The notes below the pieces were generated by a model, which made no database searches, was not told the DNA's origin, and saw only the letters and a list, made by a program, of their open reading frames with translations. The position numbers and the translations under genes were made by a program. Of a stretch of DNA of 26,593 bases, positions 1 to 7,076 are shown piece after piece; position 1 is the stretch's first letter; each line of letters starts with the position of its first letter. Origin of the DNA: a virus; the UHGV virus genome UHGV-1483403; one strand, 5' to 3'.

Positions 1-306
1 ATGAAATGACTGAGTCAGCCGAGAAGTATTTCCCCGCTTATTCGCACCTTCCCTAAGTGACATACCTAAAGTTTCGATATGCTGCTGAATATCCTGTAGC
101 GTCTGCGCCTGAGATAACAGGATTTCACGGTTGCATAACTCTTTAACCAGATGCTCAAACTTGCTGTAATAACCGATACGACTTAGTGTTTCTTTCCCTG
201 CATTCTCGCCTTCTTTGATAATTCCTCTTTCGCTAAGAATCAGATCGTGTTTGGTTCCGGTAATAACGTATTTTCCGAGGTCGATGTTTAGCTTCATTGT
301 TTTCAT
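1..306 (-). CDS. hypothetical protein, partial (ORF runs off the window start; N-terminus MKTMKLNIDLGKYVITG...)
   Basis: Open minus-strand frame from ATG at 304-306 to position 1 with no stop (102 codons); GAGG Shine-Dalgarno 8 nt upstream; starts 11 nt after the stop of the upstream gene. Not in the ORF track because it has no stop inside the window. Confidence 0.5.
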   Translation of the reverse strand, partial: MKTMKLNIDLGKYVITGTKHDLILSERGIIKEGENAGKETLSRIGYYSKFEHLVKELCNREILLSQAQTLQDIQQHIETLGMSLREGANKRGNTSRLTQSFH

Positions 307-316
307 TGTTAATTCC

Positions 317-613
317 TCAGTCATTACTGATAGCGCCATAGCGTGAGCGGTAATTACGCAGGCGAGGGTCGATATATTCAGGGAAGTGGGTATATGTGGC
401 TTTGCGGAATGGTCGGATTGATGTCTGGTAAATTCGCTCGCGTTCTTCTTTCTCTGCAAGCCATATACAATGGCGAAATTCCTTTTCCTCTTTCGTTTCC
501 TGCGGTAGCGACATTATCCGGTCGTAGTTTTTTCTGAATTTATCCAGCACCTCCGATACGGAATTGCCGGAACAGCGGCGCGGGTCATCCGCACCATACT
601 GAGGCGCTGGCAT
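317..613 (-). CDS. hypothetical early-operon protein (98 aa)
   Basis: Track ORF; AGGAG Shine-Dalgarno 6-7 nt upstream of the ATG; lies immediately downstream of ssb in the same operon. No family recognised. Confidence 0.6.
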   Translation of the reverse strand: MPAPQYGADDPRRCSGNSVSEVLDKFRKNYDRIMSLPQETKEEKEFRHCIWLAEKEERERIYQTSIRPFRKATYTHFPEYIDPRLRNYRSRYGAISND

Positions 614-626
614 GATTTTCTCCTGA

Positions 627-1133
627 TTAAATTGCGTGAATAGCGTGACGAGGGAAGGGGAGAGTTACTGGTGCAAAAGGTATATCGTCGTCAAAATCCA
701 TCGGAGGTTCGTTGTGTTGTGCTGGTGATGATTGCTGCTGTGGCTTCTGTGATTGCCTGCTGGCTGCTTGTTGTTTGCTGTCGCCAATGCCGCCAAGCAT
801 TTGCATCACGCCATTAATTCCGACATGAACCTCGGTTGTGTAACGGTCTTGCCCTGACTGGTCTTTCCACTTTCTGGTTCTCAGCATTCCCTCGAAATAA
901 ATCTGATCACCTTTTTTCACATACTGCCCCACGACCTCAGCCAGTTTCCCGGATACAGCAACACGATGCCATTCAGTCAATTCCTTTTGCTCGTCAGTAT
1001 TTTTATCTCGCCATTGTTCTGACGTGGCTATTGTCAGGTTAGCGAACGCTGTTCCTGATGGTGAGTATCGAACTTCCGGGTCTTGTCCTACCCGACCAAG
1101 GATAATCACCTTATTTACGCCTCTGCTTGCCAT
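627..1133 (-). CDS. ssb: single-stranded DNA-binding protein (SSB) with a 15-residue extension past the canonical DDDIPF tail
   Basis: Track ORF; OB-fold SSB N-terminal region ([23 protein letters not shown]...), Gln/Pro-rich linker, acidic tail ...[11 protein letters not shown] followed in frame by [15 protein letters not shown] before the TAA stop. Confidence 0.9.
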   Translation of the reverse strand: MASRGVNKVIILGRVGQDPEVRYSPSGTAFANLTIATSEQWRDKNTDEQKELTEWHRVAVSGKLAEVVGQYVKKGDQIYFEGMLRTRKWKDQSGQDRYTTEVHVGINGVMQMLGGIGDSKQQAASRQSQKPQQQSSPAQHNEPPMDFDDDIPFAPVTLPFPRHAIHAI

Positions 1134-1841
1134 TTATGCCGCCTGTTTTAGTTCGTTAACTCTGATGTTCATTACCTGAACGCATTTAGCCTGCGCCTCC
1201 TCGTTGCCAGCCATTAATTGCCAGTCACGCTGATAACGCTCGATGAGTTTTTTCTTGTCAGTTTCTGTTGACGCATAATCGCTGAAGTCTTTCAGGATTT
1301 GTTCGCAGTCAACCGATGGAGATTTCTGGTTGGTATTTTCTGGTGATGGTTTGTTATCTGATGCTGGGATTGCCCATCCCGGCAGCGATGGAGGGAGCCA
1401 GTAAAATCCTGTTCCATCCTTCAGTTTTGCCCTGTGCCACCCCTGCTTTTTATCGAGAGATGTTTGTGCGAAACCTTCCTCAAGGTTATACAGATACCGA
1501 CCGATTCCCCATTGAACGGCAGCGCGCTTCATTGCACCGGAACGACCACCTTTGACGGCTTCTACCTGCGTGTTTTCAGCAGCATCCCATTTGGTTACCC
1601 ATTCGGAATCAATCTTTATTGATATGCCGCATTCAACTCCGCCGTTGTTGGGAATATCGCGGTATTCATTGCGCCATCCTGCTTTGCCGCAAACATCGTC
1701 CAGGCGTTTCATGATTGCCCGGTTCGTGACATAAGCCAGCACCATAGCCCACACCTTGCCATCGCGTGTTTTACCGCTTTGCTGTATTCGCCATTCGATA
1801 TCTTCAGGGCTGAATGGCTCATCGAATTTATTCAAATCCAT
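1134..1841 (-). CDS. single-strand annealing recombinase, Rad52/Rad22-like (SSAP)
   Basis: Track ORF; motif AMKRAAVQWGIGRYLY resembles the Rad52-family signature; sits directly upstream of ssb, a typical SSAP-SSB module; GAGGTGA Shine-Dalgarno upstream. Confidence 0.65.
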   Translation of the reverse strand: MDLNKFDEPFSPEDIEWRIQQSGKTRDGKVWAMVLAYVTNRAIMKRLDDVCGKAGWRNEYRDIPNNGGVECGISIKIDSEWVTKWDAAENTQVEAVKGGRSGAMKRAAVQWGIGRYLYNLEEGFAQTSLDKKQGWHRAKLKDGTGFYWLPPSLPGWAIPASDNKPSPENTNQKSPSVDCEQILKDFSDYASTETDKKKLIERYQRDWQLMAGNEEAQAKCVQVMNIRVNELKQAA

Positions 1842-1928
1842 AATTCACCTCAGAATGGACATGGCCCAAGGAAATAACGCTGATTTAATACTTCAGTCTT
1901 TGCCGCATTTAAAAATACGCGAACACCT

Positions 1929-2099
1929 TCACGATCTCCCTTCTGGCGATACATTAACGCCTGCTGCGTGTACATGCGTCTCTGTAACTTGCTCTCCTTC
2001 ACTGTGGTTGCAAGTGACATGCATATCTCCTTCGTTACCGATTAATTCTTTCATCTGACGAATGAATTCTTCGTCTGACCAGTTATCTGTAAAGCTCAT
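1929..2099 (-). CDS. small hypothetical protein (about 56 aa; the track ORF 1929..2114 begins at an upstream GTG)
   Basis: ATG at 2097-2099 overlaps the stop of the upstream small ORF (ATGA coupling); weak AGGA Shine-Dalgarno. Confidence 0.35.
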   Translation of the reverse strand: MSFTDNWSDEEFIRQMKELIGNEGDMHVTCNHSEGEQVTETHVHAAGVNVSPEGRS

Positions 2100-2248
2100 T
2101 TCCTGCGATACCACGGAAGGTTGATAGCTGATTTCATCGCTTTATTTGCTTCAAGCCACATTTTGGAATCACCAATAAATCTGGCTATTACTGCTTTGTT
2201 TTGTGCAGCACGAAGCATTTGGTGATTGATGGCTATTTCATTGCGCAT
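2096..2248 (-). CDS. small hypothetical protein (50 aa, MRNEIAINHQMLRAAQNKAV...)
   Basis: Hand-translated; below the track size cutoff; GGAGG Shine-Dalgarno 5 nt upstream of the ATG at 2246-2248; stop overlaps the next start. Confidence 0.45.
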   Translation of the reverse strand: MRNEIAINHQMLRAAQNKAVIARFIGDSKMWLEANKAMKSAINLPWYRRK

Positions 2249-2367
2249 AACGCCTCCAGTTGTTTCTTTGCTGCTCTGATTAATTGTTTAACTCGGCGTG
2301 ATAATTCAGATTCGTGCGGGTAGAAAGCGGACATGACGCCGCTACCCGCGAGCTGAAAGTGCATCAT
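2233..2367 (-). CDS. small hypothetical protein (44 aa, from the second in-frame start MMHFQLAGSG...)
   Basis: Track ORF 2233..2418; AAGGAG Shine-Dalgarno 6 nt upstream of the internal ATG at 2365-2367 makes this the likely start. Confidence 0.4.
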   Translation of the reverse strand: MMHFQLAGSGVMSAFYPHESELSRRVKQLIRAAKKQLEALCAMK

Positions 2368-2442
2368 GGGTGACTCCTTATATTTGATTGCATAACGAAA
2401 ATGCCTCTCGTGAAGCATTATTGGTATGCGGTAAAGCCGCGC

Positions 2443-2811
2443 TCAGGCGGCTTTGATAGTCATATCATCTGAATCAAATATTCCAGATGTGTCGATATCG
2501 GTAATTCTTATTCCTTCGCTACCATCCATTGAAGGCCATCCTTCCTGACCATTTCCATCATTCCAGTCGAACTCACACACAACACCATATGCATTTAAGT
2601 CGCTTGAAATTGCTATAAGCAGAGCATGTTGCGCTAGCATGATTAATACAGCATTTAATACAGAGCCGTGTTTTTTGAGTCTGTATTCAGAGTCTGACCA
2701 GAAATTATTAATCTGGTGAAGTTTTTCCTCTGTCATTACGTCATGGTCGATTTCAATTTCTATTGATGCTTTCCAGTCGTAATCAATGATGTATTTTTTG
2801 ATGTTTGACAT
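2443..2811 (-). CDS. hypothetical early-operon protein (122 aa, acidic C-terminal half)
   Basis: Track ORF; GAGGAAA Shine-Dalgarno upstream; lies just downstream of an intrinsic terminator. No family recognised. Confidence 0.65.
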   Translation of the reverse strand: MSNIKKYIIDYDWKASIEIEIDHDVMTEEKLHQINNFWSDSEYRLKKHGSVLNAVLIMLAQHALLIAISSDLNAYGVVCEFDWNDGNGQEGWPSMDGSEGIRITDIDTSGIFDSDDMTIKAA

Positions 2812-2831
2812 CTATTCATTTCCTCATAGAT

Positions 2832-2857
2832 AAAAAATCGCCCTCACATTGGAGGGC
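2832..2857 (-). terminator. rho-independent terminator (tL2-like) for leftward transcription
   Basis: Stem GCCCTC/GAGGGC (2840-2845 / 2852-2857) with a 6-nt loop; on the minus strand it is followed by a T6 run (plus-strand A6 at 2832-2837). Confidence 0.6.
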
Positions 2858-2952
2858 AAAGAAGATTTCCAATAATCAGAACAAGTCGGCTCCTGTTTAG
2901 TTACGAGCGACATTGCTCCGTGTATTCACTCGTTGGAATGAATACACAGTGC

Positions 2953-3138
2953 TTATTCGCGAGCTTTGAGCATTGCGTCTGCCATCGCATAAGCTTCTTT
3001 AGCAAGTGGTTCGTTGTCATAAAGCCTGTCTGGATTTGCACAAACTCCCTGCATGAACTTTGCTGCGAAGTAATCACGTAATGTCGCATCACTTGCCATT
3101 TCTGGGCGTTTGATATCTGCTTCATAAAACTCGCACAT
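2953..3138 (-). CDS. small hypothetical protein (61 aa from ATG; the track ORF begins one codon upstream at GTG)
   Basis: Track ORF 2953..3141; its ATG at 3136-3138 overlaps the TGA of the upstream small ORF by 1 nt. Confidence 0.5.
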   Translation of the reverse strand: MCEFYEADIKRPEMASDATLRDYFAAKFMQGVCANPDRLYDNEPLAKEAYAMADAMLKARE

Positions 3139-3272
3139 CACTCACCTCCAAGAGCATTTGCAGCCTCTTTTGCTTTGTGAATCCATAGCAGAGCCATGTA
3201 GTACACAGCCTTTTCGTCGGCTCCTGTGATATCTTGCTCTGCCATCCATTTTGTAAATTCAACTGCGTTCAT
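3138..3272 (-). CDS. small hypothetical protein (44 aa, MNAVEFTKWMAEQDITG...)
   Basis: Hand-translated; GAGGTG Shine-Dalgarno upstream of the ATG at 3270-3272; stop overlaps the next start (TGATG). Confidence 0.45.
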   Translation of the reverse strand: MNAVEFTKWMAEQDITGADEKAVYYMALLWIHKAKEAANALGGE

Positions 3273-3311
3273 ATTCACCTCTGTTGTTTATGCCAAAAAT
3301 AAAGGCCACCA

Positions 3312-3512
3312 TCAGGCAGCCTTGTTATTCTGTTTACCAAGTTCTCTGGCAATCATTGCCGTCGTTCGTATTGCCCATTTATCGACATATTTCCCATCTT
3401 CCATTACAGGAAACATTTCTTCAGGCTTAACCATGCATTCCGATTGCAGCTTGCATCCATTGCATCGCTTGAATTGTCCACACCATTGATTTTTATCAAT
3501 AGTCGTAGTCAT
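3312..3512 (-). CDS. ral: restriction-alleviation protein Ral-like (66 aa)
   Basis: Track ORF; sequence MTTTIDKNQWCGQFKRCNGCKLQSEC... matches my recollection of lambda Ral in length and sequence; expected position in the pL operon downstream of N. Confidence 0.7.
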   Translation of the reverse strand: MTTTIDKNQWCGQFKRCNGCKLQSECMVKPEEMFPVMEDGKYVDKWAIRTTAMIARELGKQNNKAA

Positions 3513-3582
3513 ACGGATAGTCCTGGTATTGTTCCATCACATCCTGAGGATGCTCTTCGAACTCTTCAAATTCTTCTTCCAT
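3496..3582 (-). CDS. micro-ORF / leader peptide (28 aa, MEEEFEEFEEHPQDVMEQYQDYPYDYDY) coupled to ral
   Basis: Hand-translated; GAGGTG Shine-Dalgarno upstream of the ATG at 3580-3582; its 3' end overlaps the ral start by 17 nt. Confidence 0.35.
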   Translation of the reverse strand: MEEEFEEFEEHPQDVMEQYQDYPYDYDY

Positions 3583-3694
3583 ATATCACCTCAAATAAGT
3601 GGTTTGCTGCCTAATTTCATTTTCTGGCGACCAACACAAGTCACACCCATTTCACTGCGTGGCTTGCGGTAGTAAATTAGGTTTGTTCAGACAA

Positions 3695-3716
3695 TAAAAA
3701 ACCCACCGAAGTGGGC
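3695..3716 (-). terminator. rho-independent terminator (tL1-like) directly after the N-coupled ORF
   Basis: Stem CCCAC/GTGGG (3702-3706 / 3711-3715) with a UUCG tetraloop on the minus transcript, followed by U6 (plus-strand A-run 3696-3701); abuts the TAG stop at 3716-3718. Confidence 0.6.
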
Positions 3717-4054
3717 TATGACCATTTTTTATTTGGATTTCGTTGGTGAGCGTGATTAACAACTCTGTGCATTACATCCTCATATTTTTCATCTTCAATT
3801 TTTTCGACATCGCGAGGAAATGGTGTTGCTAATGCTTTGTCAACTTTGTCCATTGGGTCTTCATTAATCTTATATTCAGGGCCATCATCTATAGCATTAA
3901 ATCCAGGTGTTACACCGTTTTTTAATGCATATGCTATCCTTTTTTCCCATCTCGCTATTCTCCTCCTGTCTCGAGATGTAAGACCTCTATCAGATACTTT
4001 TCTGTTTTGTCCGCGGTCAGGATTAACATAAATAGTCTTTTTCACCATAAGCAT
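3716..4054 (-). CDS. hypothetical basic protein coupled to N (about 112 aa), contains an Arg-rich segment SRDRRRIARWEKRIAYA
   Basis: Track ORF 3716..4060 (TTG at 4060); first ATG at 4052-4054 lies 2 nt after the N stop codon; followed immediately by a strong terminator. Confidence 0.55.
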   Translation of the reverse strand: MLMVKKTIYVNPDRGQNRKVSDRGLTSRDRRRIARWEKRIAYALKNGVTPGFNAIDDGPEYKINEDPMDKVDKALATPFPRDVEKIEDEKYEDVMHRVVNHAHQRNPNKKWS

Positions 4055-4056
4055 AC

Positions 4057-4362
4057 TCAATAAGCACCGTACGGTAGTTTACTGTACAATTTTATTTTTT
4101 GGACTGCATGTATTTTGTTTCCTAATGGGTTTGAATCTTTGTAATAAATACTTCTATTTTTTCGAACGACTTCTTCTTTCTTCTTGCAGCAAAGGCTTCC
4201 TAGCGATGCTGCTTTGTCTGCTCTGACGCAACCAGAGAGCTTTAGCGCAATTTTTCGCGCCAGTGCTTCATTACTGCGTCGCTCGGCAATAAGTTCTGCT
4301 CTGCGAGCTTTGTAGCGGCTTTTTGCCGTACCTTTGGATTCTTTCCAGACAATGGTTACCAT
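4057..4362 (-). CDS. N: transcription antiterminator N, phage-21 type
   Basis: Track ORF 4057..4392; true start is the ATG at 4360-4362 (MVTIVWKESKGTAKSRYKARRAELIAERR...), with AAGGAG Shine-Dalgarno 6 nt upstream. The arginine-rich motif GTAKSRYKARRAELIAERR matches the phi21 N boxB-binding peptide as I recall it. Confidence 0.85.
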   Translation of the reverse strand: MVTIVWKESKGTAKSRYKARRAELIAERRSNEALARKIALKLSGCVRADKAASLGSLCCKKKEEVVRKNRSIYYKDSNPLGNKIHAVQKIKLYSKLPYGAY

Positions 4363-4472
4363 GATGGTCTCCTTTAAGTGGCTTTGGCGCATGACGCGTC
4401 GAGGTGCTTATCTTCTCGATCGCTGTCTTGCAGCTGCAATTCGCGCCATCCCCAAAACCACTCAAGTTCTGG

Positions 4473-4512
4473 TCTCAACGGTTAGGTTGAGAGTCCGTCG
4501 ATGTTAAAGAGC
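4473..4512 (-). promoter_or_regulatory. nutL: boxA (GCTCTTTAACA, 4502-4512) and boxB hairpin (4473-4492)
   Basis: On the leftward transcript boxA GCUCUUUAACA is followed 9 nt later by hairpin UCUCAAC-CUAACC-GUUGAGA (7-bp stem, 6-nt loop); same boxA core and same loop as the nutR element. Confidence 0.7.
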
Positions 4513-4554
4513 CTGCCAATCTGTTCCGTTTGGCTTCCAGCGTCCTGCTGATGG

Positions 4555-4612
4555 CTTAAATTTAAGACTTCTTAATTTATTGGTCAAGTGCATTTTTGAA
4601 GAAAACTTAATT
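4555..4612 (-). promoter_or_regulatory. pL promoter with OL operators (P22-type 18-bp sites)
   Basis: Leftward -35 TTGACC (plus 4582-4587) and -10 TAAATT (plus 4559-4564) with 17-bp spacing; operator-like sites ATTTAAGACTTCTTAATT (4560-4577) and TTTGAAGAAAACTTAATT (4595-4612) fit the ANTNAAG-N4-CTTNANT pattern. Confidence 0.55.
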
Positions 4613-4651
4613 TTATGGGCGTGAATTTAGTTTGTCTTTGATTTTTAACGG

Positions 4652-4678
4652 GAAATAAAAAAGGGGCGAAAGCCCCTT
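4652..4678 (-). terminator. rho-independent terminator after the repressor gene
   Basis: Stem AAGGGGC/GCCCCTT (4661-4667 / 4672-4678) with a 4-nt loop, followed on the minus strand by UUUUAUUU; overlaps the c2 stop codon. Confidence 0.55.
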
Positions 4679-5327
4679 AAGGAAGGTTTGCTAGCTTGGC
4701 ATCAACGACAACGCCAATGATTTTACAGTTCCCATTGATTTCAATCATTGGGTATTGTGGATTGAGTGGTTTCAGGAATTTTCTACCGGCATCAATAACT
4801 AACTTTTTGAATGTCGCCTCGTTTTCTCCTTCAAGTTTGGCGACTACCAACTTTCCATTACGTGGTTCGACTTCTGGGTCGACGAGAATAATCATCCCCT
4901 CAGGAATACTCAGTCCTGCCGGGGCAGTCATTGAATCGCCTTTAACGTCGAGCCAAAAAGAGTCTTCAGAACAATCTACCGTTGTGTCGTACCAGTTATC
5001 TATTGCACGCCTATGATATGGCTCTACAGCTTCCATCCAACATCCTGCGCTTACCCAACTAATTAGAGGATACGAACCTCTTGGATCATGCCTGCTGTGA
5101 TAGGCAATGTTTGAAAGACTATCCTCTCCTTTCAACAGGTAATCAGGGGAGCACTGCAAAGCCTTGGCTAAGGCCAATAGGTTTTCGCCATTGGGCTCAG
5201 TTTCAGATCGCTCCCATTGGGAAATAGCAACATTAGACACGCCAACCATCTTGCCAAGGGCAGCCTGCCTAATCTTGAGTTCTTTTCTGCGAGCGCGAAT
5301 ACGCTCACCCATCAGTTGTGTATTCAT
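4677..5327 (-). CDS. c2: prophage repressor, P22 C2-like (HTH N-domain plus LexA/S24-like autocleavage C-domain)
   Basis: Track ORF; MNTQLMGERIRARRKELKIRQAALGKMVGVSNVAISQWERSE... matches my recollection of P22 c2; C-terminal S24 peptidase-like domain; flanked by P22-type operators. Confidence 0.9.
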   Translation of the reverse strand: MNTQLMGERIRARRKELKIRQAALGKMVGVSNVAISQWERSETEPNGENLLALAKALQCSPDYLLKGEDSLSNIAYHSRHDPRGSYPLISWVSAGCWMEAVEPYHRRAIDNWYDTTVDCSEDSFWLDVKGDSMTAPAGLSIPEGMIILVDPEVEPRNGKLVVAKLEGENEATFKKLVIDAGRKFLKPLNPQYPMIEINGNCKIIGVVVDAKLANLP

Positions 5328-5395
5328 AGTTAAGACATCTTAAATAAACTTGACTTAAGATTCCTTTGGTGGATAATTTAAGTGTTCTTTAATTT
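5328..5395. promoter_or_regulatory. OR operator triad with pR (rightward) and presumed pRM (leftward)
   Basis: Three 18-bp sites at 5328-5345 (AGTTAAGACATCTTAAAT), 5353-5370 and 5376-5393 (ATTTAAGTGTTCTTTAAT), 23-25 bp centre to centre; pR -35 TTGACT (5350-5355) and -10 GATAAT (5372-5377), 16-bp spacer. The site abutting the c2 start codon suggests a leaderless pRM transcript. No pRM hexamers were confidently identified. Confidence 0.7.
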
Positions 5396-5407
5396 CGGAG
5401 CGAGTCT

Positions 5408-5593
5408 ATGTACAAAAAAGATGTTATTGACCACTTCGGAACCCAGCGTGCTGTTGCTAAAGCACTAGGCATTAGCGATGCAGCAGTCTCTCAGTGGAAA
5501 GAAGTTATCCCAGAGAAAGACGCCTATCGATTGGAAATCGTTACAGCTGGCGCCCTGAAGTATCAAGAAAGTGCTTACCGCCAAGCGGCATAA
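5408..5593 (+). CDS. cro: Cro repressor, P22-type (61 aa)
   Basis: Track ORF; MYKKDVIDHFGTQRAVAKALGISDAAVSQWKEVIPEKDAYRLEIVTAGALKYQ... matches my recollection of P22 Cro; GGAG Shine-Dalgarno; downstream of pR. Confidence 0.9.
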   Translation: MYKKDVIDHFGTQRAVAKALGISDAAVSQWKEVIPEKDAYRLEIVTAGALKYQESAYRQAA

Positions 5594-5599
5594 GCAAAT

Positions 5600-5640
5600 T
5601 GCTCTTTAACAGTTCTGGCCTTTCACCTCTAACCGGGTGA
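5600..5640 (+). promoter_or_regulatory. nutR: boxA (TGCTCTTTAACA, 5600-5611) and boxB hairpin (5623-5640)
   Basis: boxA core identical to nutL; hairpin CACCU-CUAACC-GGGUG (one G-U pair) carries the same 6-nt loop CUAACC as nutL on a different stem. Confidence 0.7.
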
Positions 5641-5708
5641 GCAAACATCAGCGGCAAATCCATTGGGTGTGCCGCTATAACTCAATATCAATATAGGAAA
5701 ATTAACAA

Positions 5709-6005
5709 ATGGCACAAGCAAGCTACAGCAAGCCAACACAGCGAGAAATTGATCGCGCTGAAACTGATTTACTCATCAACCTGTCAACGCTTACCCAGCG
5801 CGGTCTGGCAAAGATGATTGGCTGTCATGAATCGAAGATAAGCAGAACGGACTGGAGATTTATTGCTTCGGTCTTGTGTGCTTTCGGAATGGCATCAGAC
5901 ATCAGTCCGATTAGCAGGGCTTTTAAGTATGCGCTTGATGAAATCACAAAGAAAAAATCCCCGGCCGCCACCGAGGATTTTAAGCAAATTGATATGCAAT
6001 TCTGA
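5709..6005 (+). CDS. cII: CII-like transcriptional activator (P22 C1 / lambda CII family)
   Basis: Track ORF; C-terminus [18 protein letters not shown] parallels lambda CII NKKRPAATERSEQIQMEF; HTH-like central region; position after cro and nutR. Confidence 0.75.
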   Translation: MAQASYSKPTQREIDRAETDLLINLSTLTQRGLAKMIGCHESKISRTDWRFIASVLCAFGMASDISPISRAFKYALDEITKKKSPAATEDFKQIDMQF

Positions 6006-6037
6006 GGGAATTACTGGATCAATCCACAGGAGTAATT

Positions 6038-6184
6038 ATGACAAAACAACTCAGTCCTTACCAGGACAAAATTCACAAACACATACTACGTGATCGCTTC
6101 CTGTCCAGCTTCAAGCCGCCTGGTCGATTCCGGGCTGAGTTGGAAAAAGTGAAGCTGATGCAGAAGGAGAAAGGTCATGAGTAA
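6038..6184 (+). CDS. small basic hypothetical protein (48 aa, [21 protein letters not shown]...)
   Basis: Hand-translated; AGGAG Shine-Dalgarno 6 nt upstream; 3' end overlaps the start of the O-like gene. Confidence 0.4.
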   Translation: MTKQLSPYQDKIHKHILRDRFLSSFKPPGRFRAELEKVKLMQKEKGHE

Positions 6185-7076
6185 CATATCTAATCTAGCC
6201 GAAGCCAGAGAGGCCAGAAGGCTACAACAACCGCATCAAAGCAGCGGTAAGGGGTATGCCTTGCTGCACCGTAAAATTATGGATGTGCCGTTTTACAAGG
6301 ATGCAGAAGCAGCGCATCTGTGGGTTCACTTAATCCTCAAAGCAAAGCATACGCCTGAGTATGTAATGACTGACGCAGGAGAAATTCTGGTAGGCAGAGG
6401 GAAGCTACTTGGCGGTAGAAACTCTCTGGCGTTTGAAACAGGACTCAAACCAGATCGCGTTCAGTACCTGCTTAGAAAGTTCAAAAAACTCGGCATGATT
6501 GACTGGGTTTCACACGGTAAATTCTCAGTTTTCTCGGTAGAGAAATATGACGATTATCAGTCAAATTTTGTACCAGCAGATTACCAGCAAATTACCACCT
6601 CAAAGCCAGCAATACCAATGCCTGTAAGCAATGCTGTACCAGCAGATTACCAGCAAATTACCACAGATAAAGAATATAATAATATTATCTCTAATACTGA
6701 CGTATTAGAGAGTGCCACAGCAGACAAAAAGTCTGACAAGAAAAAACCTTCCGTCAGCTGTCAGGATGTTGTCGATGCTTACCACGAAATCCTTCCTGAA
6801 GCTCCAAGAATCCGCGCACTGAATGACAAGCGTAAAAACCAGATCCGAACGTTCTGGCGCAAAGCCGGAGTGATAACCCGCCAGCTTGACGGGCATGGGT
6901 TCACGATGCAGGACTGGAGAAATTATTTGAGCTACGTTGGCGAAAATTGCCGATGGATGTTCGAAGAGCGCCCAAACCATCAACGCGGAACCGTCTGGCA
7001 CAAAAAGGGATTTGATTTCCTGCTTAACGATAATACCTACCTGAAAGTTCGTGAGGGTGAACACGATGACCGATAA
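6177..7076 (+). CDS. replication initiator, O-like (phage 'replisome organiser')
   Basis: Track ORF; GGAGAAAGG Shine-Dalgarno; position before a DnaB-type helicase; contains an internal iteron plus AT-rich origin-like region encoding a duplicated [10 protein letters not shown] linker. Confidence 0.7.
   Translation: MSNISNLAEAREARRLQQPHQSSGKGYALLHRKIMDVPFYKDAEAAHLWVHLILKAKHTPEYVMTDAGEILVGRGKLLGGRNSLAFETGLKPDRVQYLLRKFKKLGMIDWVSHGKFSVFSVEKYDDYQSNFVPADYQQITTSKPAIPMPVSNAVPADYQQITTDKEYNNIISNTDVLESATADKKSDKKKPSVSCQDVVDAYHEILPEAPRIRALNDKRKNQIRTFWRKAGVITRQLDGHGFTMQDWRNYLSYVGENCRWMFEERPNHQRGTVWHKKGFDFLLNDNTYLKVREGEHDDR
6569..6700 (+). repeat. putative replication origin: two 30-bp direct repeats built of about 10-bp sub-iterons, followed by an AT-rich tract
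   Basis: TGTACCAGCAGATTACCAGCAAATTACCAC at 6569-6598 and again at 6635-6664 (exact); each contains TACCAGCAGA / TTACCAGCAA / ATTACCAC at 10-bp phasing; 6665-6700 is about 80 percent AT. Confidence 0.55.

Noticed and set aside
5863-6093. 76-aa plus-strand ORF overlapping the cII-like gene 3' end
   Set aside because: Alternative frame of cII; the region downstream is better explained by the 48-aa Shine-Dalgarno-supported ORF at 6038-6184.
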